Below are positions 26,701 through 37,994 of a stretch of DNA of 64,000 nt, piece by piece. The stretch lies in contig CAJINV010000003.1 in NCBI GenBank assembly GCA_905178155.1, forward strand, positions 8,853,226-8,917,225. Reading direction: 5' to 3'. The translations under genes and the position numbers were made by a program. The DNA is from Amoebophrya sp. A120 (Eukaryota; Protista; Dinoflagellata). The notes under the pieces were generated by a model, which made no database searches, was not told the origin of the DNA, and saw nothing but the letters and a program-made list of their open reading frames with translations. Every line of letters starts with the position of its first letter. Position 1 is the stretch's first letter.

Positions 26701-27222
26701 CAGGGGAATATGAAAACAGAGCCGAAGGGTGTTCCGCGAAAGGAAAGGAAGCGGCTCGACACATGGAGCCGATCACAAAAACACACACAAGCCCCACCCG
26801 CTTTGGCAGGTGGGCGCGAGATAGGCGTTGCCTAGCAGATTCCGTCCTTGCACAGTGCGGGCCACCCGCTGGCTTGGCCTAGAGGGCCAACATGGCGGGT
26901 TGCCTGTGTCTCGGTCCTGGGGGCTCTCGAGCCTGTGGGGCGCCCCTTACAAAACGGCTGGCAGGCTACGAGGTGGATCCCGCATCTGGCATCGACCCAA
27001 GTTGTGCGATGGCGGGCTACTTGCAGTTTGCGTCTGCCTTCGCTATAATATGACCAACTCGGCTATGTGCGTGACCTACTTGCAGTAGGTCGCTTCGCGA
27101 AGGTAGATAACAATTTTGAAAGTTTTCTATGGATTTAATCGTTGGGCGCGTTATATAACAAGTACCTGGTGGCTTCGTGGGATCGAAAACTTCTGGCGGA
27201 GCTGTGGGATCGAAAGGTACCT
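23756..27222 (-). repeat. Array of four identical 50-61 bp repeats with long, largely unrelated GC-rich spacers
   Basis: GTACCTGGTGGCTTCGTGGGATCGAAAACTTCTGGCGGAGCTGTGGGATC(GAAAGGTACCT) at 23756-23805 (truncated), 25250-25310, 26209-26269 and 27162-27222. Spacers are 1444, 898 and 892 bp. Confidence 0.95.
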
Positions 27223-29303
27223 GCGGAAACGAGGATAAAGGTCAATTTGCGTGGCACGCTGCCACTTTGGGAACCAACAGAAAAGGCTCTGCTTCTCCTT
27301 CTAGTGCTATTGATAATTGATGTTCGTTCTCCTCGACTGTCGTCCTTGCTACGGACCATACACGAAAACTAAACTATTCGTCTGAGATTACAATGACAAG
27401 GAGCGGCTTGGTCTCAATTCTTCATTATCGCTTAGCGCGTTATTCACAGATACATACTAGGACGACTAAATATTGATCCTACTCTGTATGGAGCACCAAG
27501 CAGAAGCACATATTCGGTCAAGTTTGATCATCAAGTCATTCATGATCTTGCTCCTCATCCGTGTAGTTCTTTTTTATTTCATCATGTAATATGTACTACA
27601 TTTAATGCTACAGGGGCAAATGACTCGTGGGAATTCAGCGCCTCACAAGAGGAAGAGCCGCCCAAGCTTACAATTCTAGGGAAGAGTTTAGTGATAGTGT
27701 CCTCTTAATCTTCTCTGTCCGCTTTTTTGCACTTTTTCTCATTTCGGATCTCCGCGTAAAGTAGCTGTCGCTGTGAAGTCGAAGTACTATGTGTATTCGA
27801 ATAGGCATCTGCGATAATCAGAAATACAGGAGATGGAGAAAGCGGCAATGCATAACCCTGCTCGTTTCGAGAAAAACCGTATGAGAAAAGAAGACTCAGG
27901 CCATGCTCCTCGGATGATTTCACAGCGCAACACCTGCGGCAAGTGCATCCGCTACAACGAGCTGCATGGAGACATGCCGGAGCGTAAGCAAGTGGAAGAT
28001 GACTACTGCCGAAACAAGCTGTACCTCCTGTGCGCTAGCCGTGCCCCCGGCCGACGAACTCGACGAAGATGCGCCTCGACCTGTCATCAAGCCTGTTGCT
28101 AAATATGAAGGAGTAAGAAACAAGCGGCCCTATTTGAAACCCGAATGAGAAGTAGGATCATGACGTAATGCAGCGATTGCAATATACCCATCTTTATAAA
28201 TCATGACATCAGGTCAATGTCGTGAGATGAGAGCGAGAGGTGCTACTCACTGCGTAAGAACTTAGAACGCTTTCCTACTCACTGCGTAAGAACGCTTTCA
28301 CTTGCAATGAATTCAAATTCAATGCTCCAGCAAATGGGCAATCGCGCAGCTACAAGTTGAACGACAAATCAGAATCACACGCTCTCTCAACCACGAGGGA
28401 GAAGTACTACAAAAAACATGAAAATCAAGCTTTTTCGTGGTGTTTCTGCTGGTGCAGAAGTATTTAATTGATTGACAGTGGACTTCTCACGGACCAAGGA
28501 CTATCCGGCTTCCTCGTCCGATAATGCAAGGTTCTGCGCCACGTTTTCTGCCGCCGCTAGAACCGGGGCGCGACTTATGAAAGAAAAATCTGATAGTACT
28601 GAAGTCTGCGATGGTTGTATGTTCTTGTGCTTGACAATTTAGTAGCAAGCTTGTCCTTGTATGTGCGAAATCGTTTGAAAAATGCAAATCGAGCTGGCAC
28701 CTCCTGCTCCGTACGCGTACTACACTTTGTCACTCTAGAAGAAGATTGCCGGACTTCATCGTAACAATTTTTCTACGAATACCCATGGCACTTCCAAAGT
28801 CCATGACTTCACTTAGATCCCATGCGCCAGGCTGCTCGGTATTCGGGTCCCATGCTCCCGTTGCGGCGCCAGTGCCGTCATCTCCCGAACTGTCTTGTGA
28901 AGCGCAAAACTCGCCCCGGGAACCTCACACCACTGCATGCACTAGCCTCATCACGCAGGACTCGGCAGCAACAGCTGCAGCAGCACTGCCTTAACTTTAT
29001 GACGTATTCAAGGCGGCCGCGTACGCGTTCCCCTTCCCTGCCACTTCATACTGATATTGGCGCTCCAGCTCCTGACACCCAAATACAAATACGGCAGTAG
29101 CTACGCGTGTCGTCACAATGGTGATGGTCTCAGGCCCAGGCGGGATCACTTACCACATAAGTCTTCATCTTGAAAGTTCTAGTTATGTTCTTGCTTCTGT
29201 CTCATTTCGAAACCTCTGAGGTATGATGCCATTGTGAATTTATAATGATGTAAACGCTCCGTGATCAAAAAGATCGACTTGCTCCAACTCCTGCAGCTGC
29301 CAT

Positions 29304-30060
29304 TTATGATTTGCTTGAGTGTACTAGGCGTGAGCACCAGGAACGAGCTGCTTCAAGGGATAGGTCCGCGGAAGACCAGGACTGTCCAGAGGACCCCGCC
29401 GGCGTCTCGGGTGCCCAACTTCCTCCGCCTCCGAGCCAGTCGTGCAACTCTTGCTCCGAAACCGCTTCATTGCTTCCGGAGCCCGTACCTCCTGCTGCCA
29501 CATCGTTCTCCGTAGCCGCGGCGCCCTCGTCTAGCATATCGCCTCCGCCCCTTCTGCTCTCTGTGAAGGGATTGTTTCCAGCAACCAAAGACGACGACGC
29601 GGCCAGAAAATCGTCCACAACTGGCGACGCCGGGGCCGGATCTGCGACATCTTGCATCGCCGCTCCATCCCGCTCGTCGACATCTTCATCGCTGTCACTG
29701 AGAGTTCTTGTTCTTGACATAGATATAGAAGAAAAAAAAAAAGATATAGCTGAAAAAGACATGACGCGGCCCTCAACTTCTTGCTCATCTAGTTCATCAT
29801 CATCATCATCATCACTGAGCTCGAAAGCAAGCATTCTTCTAGTACTAGTTTGTTCTTTAAAAAATATCATGGTCGTGATCATTTTTACAACTGCAAATCA
29901 GGAGCATTACGGTTTAGCTGCTGCAGGCGGTGCCGACGGATCAAAAGCGTCGCCCTCGTCGGCCATCGCGAGACGCTGGCACTGGTGGCTCTCCGCGCGT
30001 GACAAGGAAGCCCCACGACAAATTTTAAGCAGCGCGGGCTCGGAGAAGCTCGGGCTCGGC
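29304..30060 (-). CDS. Acidic low-complexity exons, unknown protein
   Basis: Minus-strand frames read ...MADEGDAFDPSAPPAAAKP|gtaatg and FELSDDDDDDELDEQEVEG...WAPETPAG; coding-like composition and a GT donor near 29910. Confidence 0.45.
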
Positions 30061-31929
30061 GAAATAGATCTATCGACGCTCGTTGTCAGACAACATCCTC
30101 GTCGAGCAAGAAGATCGAGCAGGAGGAACGACTTCTACAATAATCAAAAGAAGAAGAATAGAAATGCTCCTCCTGTCCGGACAAATTATTCCCCACCTAC
30201 CGAGCGCTCCCGCTTCTCCATCCGGTATTCAGGAAGCCCATGCTGAGGACGCGCGACCCCCGCCCCGACCCCGTGATTTGCACGTGACTCATTTCGAAGG
30301 AGTCGGTGGATCATTCTACGCGGCTTGGCGAAGGCAGCATCGACAGAAATGTGAGTATGTCTTGATACGCCGAGCGCCAGTTTATTGGCTTCTTGATAGT
30401 ACAACTAACCGAGTGCTAACACATGACTCACTCAAAAGCTGCTTGGACACCGAGTGCAAGAAGAGTGACGAGGCAGGGCGATGCTTTGAGTGATAGTAGA
30501 GCTGCGGCAAAAGTGTAGACGCAGAGCTAAACTATGTCGGGTGATTCTACGCTACTGCGCATCCGATTAGAAGCAAGCTCTTCACGAGCAACTGCCTCTA
30601 CATCATGGAGACTCTCTTCAAAAATGTTGATGCAGGCGGAAGATTCACGAGCGACTTCGACTAACCAAATAAATGATATGATGACGATGGTACAACCAGC
30701 AAGACCGAATACCACATGAGGCGAACGCGAAGGCCTAACAGTTGCGTTCGTTACAACGACAGAAATGTGTTGCTCAAGAACTATTTTAACATACATACGT
30801 GACATGCTTTTCATCATTCGTAAAAACCGATTGTATGTTTTTTGATTATCCAACAGGCAACACATGATCATCAGTCGGACATTTTACTTCTCTATGCACC
30901 CAGATTAGCTATCAACGAAAACAACGACGTCGGAGATGAGAGGAGCAGGGACATTGAAAGTAAGACTTCACGTTCCCCGCTCTTGCTGGCCTGGCCGCGA
31001 CCGGTCAGGCACAAGCGCGTTCCTTGTTATTGCTGTGCCATATTTTGCTCTCCAACTCTGGCAGCGCTTTTTCTTTTTACGTTTACCGAGATGAGCAGAA
31101 AACGGACACGGATTCATTCGCAACACGGGACACTCACGAAGATGGATGGACGGGGCGCGTCGGTGCGATTCTATTGCTCTTGTTCTGGTATTATTTTTCT
31201 TTTCTTCGAATATAACGAACTGAATGTTGAAATATTCTATACCTCTTCATCCGTCGAGGTATTCCGATTTACTTTGCTCGTCTTTAGACATGCGAAAACG
31301 TTAAAAATGCAGTAGTAGTACCATACTGGGCATCAAGATCAATAATGAAAAGAAGATCCCGATGCCAATCGCGGCCATTATTTCGATCGGACACTCTCAC
31401 TGATGACAACATCAGCTCGTTAGTGAAGAGTAAACAAATCCAAACCATTCCATCATGACGTGCTCGTGAATGAGCTGCATGACCCGACCTGCTTCTGCGA
31501 AAAAAATGAATTGAGTCCATAAAAAGTACGGCAACAATCAAGTTCGGATCTGTTGCAAATGCAGTCCAATCCGGATAAAATCGATCACCAGCACATCAAC
31601 TACGCCCGATTATATGTTCACTTAATTCGTTCGCACAGAGGGACTGGTAAGAGCTCCTACTTCAGTAGACGTGTGCAGTCGAGTCAACCTCCTGCTCCTC
31701 GATGAAGACGAAGACGTGCACCGAAGTAATAATTGGCGCAGCTGCACATAAGTCTATTTCTAATATTTGACTTATTTTACTACAACTGCAGCATGCATGG
31801 AAAAGAGGACCAAAGAAAATAAGCAAACGCTTCTTGTTCTCCTTTCCGCTGCGACAGCACCATCTCCACCGCCCACAGACCCGGGAAAATAAGTAAAGCC
31901 GCTCCACCTTCTACGTGCCTTCTTTAGAG

Positions 31930-34900
31930 TCAGTAGCCGCGGACCGCTTTTAATTCTTCAGACTCCGTCGTGTAGAAGGGTATGGATGACTCCAATACGG
32001 CATCCACCTTAGCGAGTAGTGCTGCTGGAATGAAGTGCTCGATATCGAACATGTTCTTCAAGACGTTGTCGCTATGCAGCTCGACTCCAGTCTCCTTGCC
32101 CACGTCCGTCTGCATCATCTGCGCACGCATGTTTGGCTCCGAGATTTGCACTACCTCGTACGTTATCAAATGCAAAAATGTCTGGGTCTGGAAGAGTGTA
32201 AACTTGTCATGCAGGTTCTCCATGAGCCTTGAGGTCTGGAATGCGGGACCTAGCATGGCAGAGTCTGTGAGGTCTCTTTCATGCCTATCCTGCATGAGAA
32301 ACTCCCTCCCAACTTGGTCGAAAGTGGGCAGCTTTTGGCTCTCATGCAACACAGATTTTTGCATGATTCGGATTTAGCATGACAAGCTGCAATCTTCCAG
32401 ACCCAGACATTTTTGCAATCCATATACGTCGGCCCGAGACTCAAAATCTGAATGTGCTTTCCGTCGGTACTATGAAAGTAGACCACTCGTCTCCATTTCC
32501 CTAATTTGAAGCAAAACACCAAAGAGGAAATCACCTAGAGAAAACGTGACACCGGGACCAGCAAAAGGAACAAAAGTGTTAACATATTCATCTCGATGCG
32601 GCCACAGCTGCCTTTGCAAGACAAATAAACTACTCATGGAGTGTAGTGTTGTTTCCCTCGGCTTCCAAGACTTGTCGCGCAAACGGTACTACAGACCCAA
32701 GAAACGCAGAGACAGGGTTTTGCATGACAAATCCGGGGAATGGGCAGTTCGAGTTTTTATGCACTGTCATACATACTATCCTTGCCCGATTCGGCGAAAG
32801 GCTTGAACTCCCACATGTGTTTCGGATAAATCTCACTTCCTGGCGCGCGCACCTGTGTTCAGTTTGCAACTAAAGAGGCATGCTTTGGCCTGCTAATATT
32901 GTCGATATCAAGCAACTCAACTACTTCTTGAGCAGGAATGTTTTTTATCAACCCTTTCGCAAGAGCTACAACTCACGCTACTGCTATCTTCCCAGCTGTG
33001 TGCTCACGCCCATGCGTGACCACGAGTCTAAGTAATTCATACAAAAGTATATACTTATTTTTTGAACTTTTAGGTAGCATCCTCCAGTTCCAGTCATTCT
33101 TCTTAGGGTCGTATTCTTTGACTTTTCACCATTCCTTTTCCTCCAGTTCCAGTCATTCAGAGTTGGCGAAGAATAATAAACATGAAGCAGTAGCAATTTG
33201 CGCATGAGTTGTGACAAACAATTTCTATACCTTGACAGGATCCAATGTTTCGCTTCCCTTCGCTGCCTCTTCTATTTTTTTCAAGTGCTTTGCGAGGATG
33301 AGTTTCATATTCATGTGGATCATCTGTGCGTGAATCCAGGCTCCGAACGCCATCCGCTCTCCGTTCAAGTGGCGCTCGCGCCCGGTACAATCACCCATGA
33401 CCCACATATGCGGAAACTTGGCCGACAACTGGTTGGTTGAGAGGCAGTTGATGCTGTGGTCTGCGGGGTTGTAGATTCCGGGGTCGACTTTTTTCAGGGA
33501 TTCTCCGAGGATGGATTTGTTCAATTCTAAGGAGTACCCAGTGCACCTGCGTGTTCAAGAATTGATGTATGCAGAACAAGAAAAAAACTCATGTTCTTGA
33601 GCGTCTACCTCTAGCTCGACGTCGCATCCGCAATCGCGTACTATACATGCACGCACTACTTTCCTCTCTAGGCAGTTCTTGTATTGATTTACGTATTAGT
33701 TTACATTTCCAGACGGGAGGACCACGTGAGAAAAAGCACCGCAGATTCGTGCGACCATGCAAACTTTCGGATTAAATTTGCTTGCACGAACCGCATCTAC
33801 GTACAGTGCCACTGCCTCCACTGCAGATTGAAGACAAAGAATAACGCGCGAACATAGCTCTTCATTACTCATCAGCAACTTCTAACTTCTACTTACATCG
33901 GTACCAGAACTCGCGGTCTTTGCTGGGATCAAAAGGCACGGATAGACCCGACTGGCACACGTAGCACTTTTTCACGGGGTCGAAGTGCGTGACGCGCTCG
34001 TTGAAAATGATTTTGGCGCCCAGCTTCTCCAGCGTGTTCTTCGCGTGGTCACCAGTGGCGGGGTGTGCGCGGCTTACCAGCTTGGAGCCAGAATGCACCA
34101 GCACGACCCTCTTGTTCGGAAATGCTGTGATCAGTTCTCCGCAGAGCTCGGATCCAACAACACCACCACCGATCACAAGTAGTTGCTCGCACTTTGCCAC
34201 TTCTCCGTGCAGGTAGAGCATCTGTTTCTTGCGGTAGTCCAGACTGGCGTTATCCGTCTTGATGTAGCTCTTGTACACACTTCCGGTCGCGATCACGCAG
34301 TAATCGAAGGGCACCACTCGCTCTCCGTCATTGATCACCACGTGGTCCGCCTCTATCTTGGTTGCTCTGCCCACGACCACCTGCCCCTGCTGACCCATGT
34401 AATCGCTGTGCCTGCAGAGCGTGTTTCCCATCTGCTTTTCCGGCTCGCAAACCATGCGCAGCACGGCCATGGTGTTCTCTGCGTAGTCCTTCAGATCGAT
34501 CAGCGTCACCGCTACGCGCTCGTCTGTCAAGTTGCTCCACAGTCGCCGCGATCCTGCGCAAAAGTATCGCACTTCTCATGCTAGGTAACAATTAAAATTG
34601 ATAGCCGCCTCGGCGGGGGTAGTGAGGTGCCGGCTAAGAACTTACTCTTGCCTAATATTGCGGCTGCTGCACTAAAGTGAAGTGCTGCTCTTTTTCGTGT
34701 ACACCATACGCTCGCGCGTAACATTACTCCCCATGTTGTTCCAGCTCCGCTGTGTCGTTTTTTTCAAGCCCCACCTTATTTGATTGCAAACCACCGGCCA
34801 CCTGCTACAAGCTTCATTTTATCCATGTGCGAAAACACTCTCGACTGCCACAAAAGTTGCGGTTGCTTTGCGCGGAAGGTGTCAAAAAAGCTTCCAGATT

Positions 34901-37900
34901 AAATGAGCATTATACAGCTTTGTTTACTACATACAAATAGTTTGCACCACTTGGGCGCGGGGGTAGAAACAAATGGGCGGGAAGTTTCTTGGTCCAGGAG
35001 TTGCTGCCGAAGTTTGTGGGAAGCAGCTGTTGGTAAAAGTGGCTGCGTCTTGGTTGAAATGAACTCAAAAAAGGAAAAGATGCGCGTCTTTGCGTGAACG
35101 TAGCAAAAGGTGCTGCGTGAAGACAGCAAAAGCTGACTGCTTCATATCAAAAAGCGCAAGAAGGTCGCTATATTTTGATGTTGCACGATATGCAAACTAT
35201 TAACGATGATACCACTTACAATTTAAAAACCGCGCCACTTCGTTCTTTCGCAAACACCACTACTGCCCGCCTCGGCTACGCTGATCCTAGTAAAACTTCT
35301 GCCCAGCAGGCTTTTCCACGCACCTGTCAACCAACTTCCCGGCCCCGAAGACACACTTCTATACGAACTTCTCGATGATCTGACGATCTTGGAGATGCTC
35401 GCTCTGAAGTTTGTGCGATGTTGGCGGCGAACTGAGCCGCGCAAAAGTCCGCGACATGTCGAGCCTCTAATAAATCGTTGCAGCAATCGTTTCAATTCCC
35501 ACGACGAGTGCGATACTTTTGAACTGGATAGGAACAGAACAGCGCCTCCCAGACCTCCACCGACTATAACAATCTGGATCGGGGCCCGGCGCAGGCGCAC
35601 CAAGCGGGCGTGGCTACTTTCGTCCTCGTGCTTCTGTTTCGACTTGCTCGCGAGCAGATTCAACGACCGCAGGGGGGAAACGCGGTGCGTCATTTTCAAA
35701 ATGTCCAGCGCCTTCTGGAGCCGCTTCTCAGCTTGCCGCTTTTCGGCCTGAAATTCCGCAAGCTCGGGAAGGATGAATCTCTCGTACACATTGTGCTTCA
35801 CGTTTTCCAGGCGCGCGGCGTCCATGATGTTTTTGGCATCATCTTCACTACCTCGAGCCTCGGGAGCAGCACCACCAGCTGCCTTCAGATATTCCTTCCG
35901 GAGTTTCGCCTTCTCCTGTCCAAGCTCTTCGAACAGGGGCGTAAGATACTTTTCCACGAGCTGGCTTTCGAGCCTCTTCAACGCCTGCAGAAACTGGACA
36001 TCCGCTTCCTCACAGGCTTCGGCGGCATTTTGCTGTAGGATATGAACTGCAAAAGTATCGTACTCGTAGTATTGCAACACAAATTACCTCAGCATGACAA
36101 AAAGATTTTGTCATGCTGATTTAGCTAGAAAATGAAATTTCTTTTGCATGACTGCGATTAGTACGAGTACGATGCTTTTGCACAGGATATAGGAGCAGGC
36201 CCCGCAATTCGCGCGCCAGATTTGCATCAGCCACCACCTTGTCGACCGTGAGCGACCGCGCCCAGTCCCGCTCCGCCCGTTTTTCCATCAAGTCCACTTT
36301 GTTACCCAGTTCGATTTTCTCTACCTTTTTCGGGTCCGTGACGATGCAATCGCCGGCGACTTTCAGGAGCCGCTCAGCGTCCGCTGCGCCCAGCTCCTCC
36401 TGCACCTGACCGGGTAGCGAGGCCGTGGAGGAACTCTTTTTCATTTTTGGAGCCTGGAAAACGCAGATGTCGTCGCTAGATTTTTCCTTCAACAGGAACG
36501 TTTTTTCTTGCTTTCGTATGCAATACAAATTTCCCGTACATGTACAACATGCATCACAAATTTTACCAGTTTGGTTCGTAAAAATTGTCATGCTAAGTTA
36601 GGATCGAAGCCAAGTTTTGTCATGCAGAGACCGCATCTGTACGTGTACGGAAAATTTACTGTGGCTATTTCGCGGGACGGTTAGAAACTCCGACTTGCCG
36701 TCCACGACGGTCTTCAGGCCGAACGCGAACGCCCCTTCGCGCAAAAACTCGATAAACTCCTCCTCCTCCTCCTCGTCGTCATCGAAATTCGCGGAAACCA
36801 CCGAATCCTTGTCGTCCACGTCAAACTCCGCCCCGTGACACTCGCGGATGCGGCGGCGCAACTGCACCAGCGTGGTCGCCTCCCCGCACATAACAAATCC
36901 GCTGTTGGACTTGTACTCCGCAATGCGGTCGAAGGGCGCCTCTTTGTCACGAACGTGAATGAAAAAGACCCGATCTCCAGCGCTCGGCTTCATCTCGCTA
37001 GAGGAAGCAACGCTAACATTGTCGTCCTCTGGTTGCGCAAAGTGGGCGACCAGTGCCTTCAGGTTCTCGAAGCCGGTAGCGCGGAAAAGCGCATCGAGCT
37101 TGAAAACGCTAGTGTTGTTTTCCGGATCCGCAACCATCACGCGGCGCAGCCGCGGCAGCATCGGTTCGCCCTCTAGGAACTCCCGCCCAAAGCTGCTGTG
37201 CTGCCACTCGAGCGAAAGCCGGGTGTTCACATTTTGTGCCGGGATGGTGCCGCCACTTAGGTTCATGTGCCCGCCGCCGGCGACCTGCATGGTCATCGCC
37301 GTACCCTGCGGCTTTCGCCCCAGCACACTAGGCTCCTTGTGGAAGGTCTGCTCCACCGCGCCCTCAAACAGCACGTAGCGCACCATGTTGTCGCGGGGAA
37401 AGTGATCCACGTCAGAAAAAAAACCATCTTCCCCATGATCCATTTTATTTTCCATGACAAACCCTGCGTTTGGTGCATGTTTTGCATGGCAAGTTGGATG
37501 TTGGGGATTGGTCAACATCTTTTTGGTTGATAGAAGTACCGGCCCCACCACTGGCGCCCGTCCGGGTTTTCGATGGCCATGGCGGGCGCATTCTTTTTGT
37601 CTTCGAGCTGTGCAGCCTGGGAAATCAGCTCGATTTGGGACCGGATCTCCGTGTTCAGGCGCCTGATGTACGCAACGTTTTCAGACATGGAACCGTAATA
37701 CTTGCTCGGCGATGCAAACAAGGCCATGAAAGGGTTGAAGCTGCGCTTCGGTTTCTTTTTTGTCTCCCCATCCGCGAGGTAGCCGAGACGGTCGCGAAGG
37801 TCCTGCAACTTTTTCTCCAGCCCTCGGAGGGAAGAGGCCAGTGTCTGCGAAGCAGGGAGGCCATGGACGATGTCAATCGCAGCCTGTGCCAGAAGTCGGG

Positions 37901-37994
37901 ACTCCTCTGCCAACTCCGGATACTCCGCCAGGGCACGCACTTGGACCAAGATCACGCTCGCAATGCCAGTGACAGCTCCTACAGCGTCCACCAT
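31930..37994 (-). CDS. AIFM2: Multidomain protein: N-terminal helical bundle + Cbl-like EF-hand, putative ubiquitin-like domain, coiled region, C-terminal AIFM2/FSP1(AMID)-like FAD/NAD(P)H oxidoreductase
   Basis: Approximate exons 37994-37538, 37403-36645, 36473-36195, 36040-35535, 34550-33903, 33556-33231, 32475-32430, 32163-31930. Motifs: IVIVGGGLGG, VTLID, FDYCVIATGS, LLVIGGGVVGSELCGEL, VVLVHSG, FWCTG, WVMGDC, ILSLGP. Most joins are in frame via direct-repeat introns; one link (33231-32475) is unresolved. Confidence 0.8.
32159..32429 (-). mobile_element. Introner-like element, family A (266 bp, non-GT-AG)
   Basis: ~42-bp TIR tgcaaaaatgtctgggtctggaag..cttgtcatgc / gcatgacaag..cttccagacccagacatttttgca; TACGT direct repeat; excision gives SLGPTY-EVVQ. 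Confidence 0.85.
33081..33158 (-). mobile_element. 40-bp insert flanked by a 19-bp target-site-like duplication
   Basis: cctccagttccagtcattc at 33081-33099 and 33140-33158. 37 bp of the insert are identical to 52460-52496. Confidence 0.6.
34550..35535 (-). mobile_element. Introner-like element, family C (~985 bp)
   Basis: Perfect 15-bp TIR caaaagtatcgcact (34559-34573) / agtgcgatacttttg (35507-35521). Interrupts the first Rossmann helix (GGGLGGAV...RRLW). Exact ends ambiguous by a few nt. Confidence 0.75.
36036..36194 (-). mobile_element. Introner-like element, family C (154 bp)
   Basis: TIR tgcaaaagtatcgtactcgta / tacgagtacgatgcttttgca; TAGGA direct repeat; central hairpin agcatgacaaaa-ag-attttgtcatgct; excision gives GLLL-QQNA. 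Confidence 0.85.
37400..37537 (-). mobile_element. Introner-like element, family B (134 bp)
   Basis: AAGT direct repeat; body resembles 61075-61201 (ccatc..cccca...catgacaaac...gttttgcatg.c.a.ttggatg..gggat); excision gives WWGRYF-PRDN. Confidence 0.8.

Noticed and set aside
23707-27088. ORFs in the GC-rich spacers
   Set aside because: R/G/P/A-rich shadow ORFs in all frames; no recognisable transposase, integrase or RT motifs.
23756-27222. CRISPR array, hammerhead ribozyme, spliced-leader gene or tRNA B-box interpretation of the repeat
   Set aside because: Spacers are ~1 kb and there are no cas genes; CTGGTGG/CTGGCGG do not match the CUGANGA core; no dinoflagellate SL 22-mer; GGATCGAAA resembles a T-loop but no cloverleaf forms.
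29311-30246. Plus-strand 311-aa ORF
   Set aside because: Ser-rich antisense shadow of the acidic minus-strand exons.
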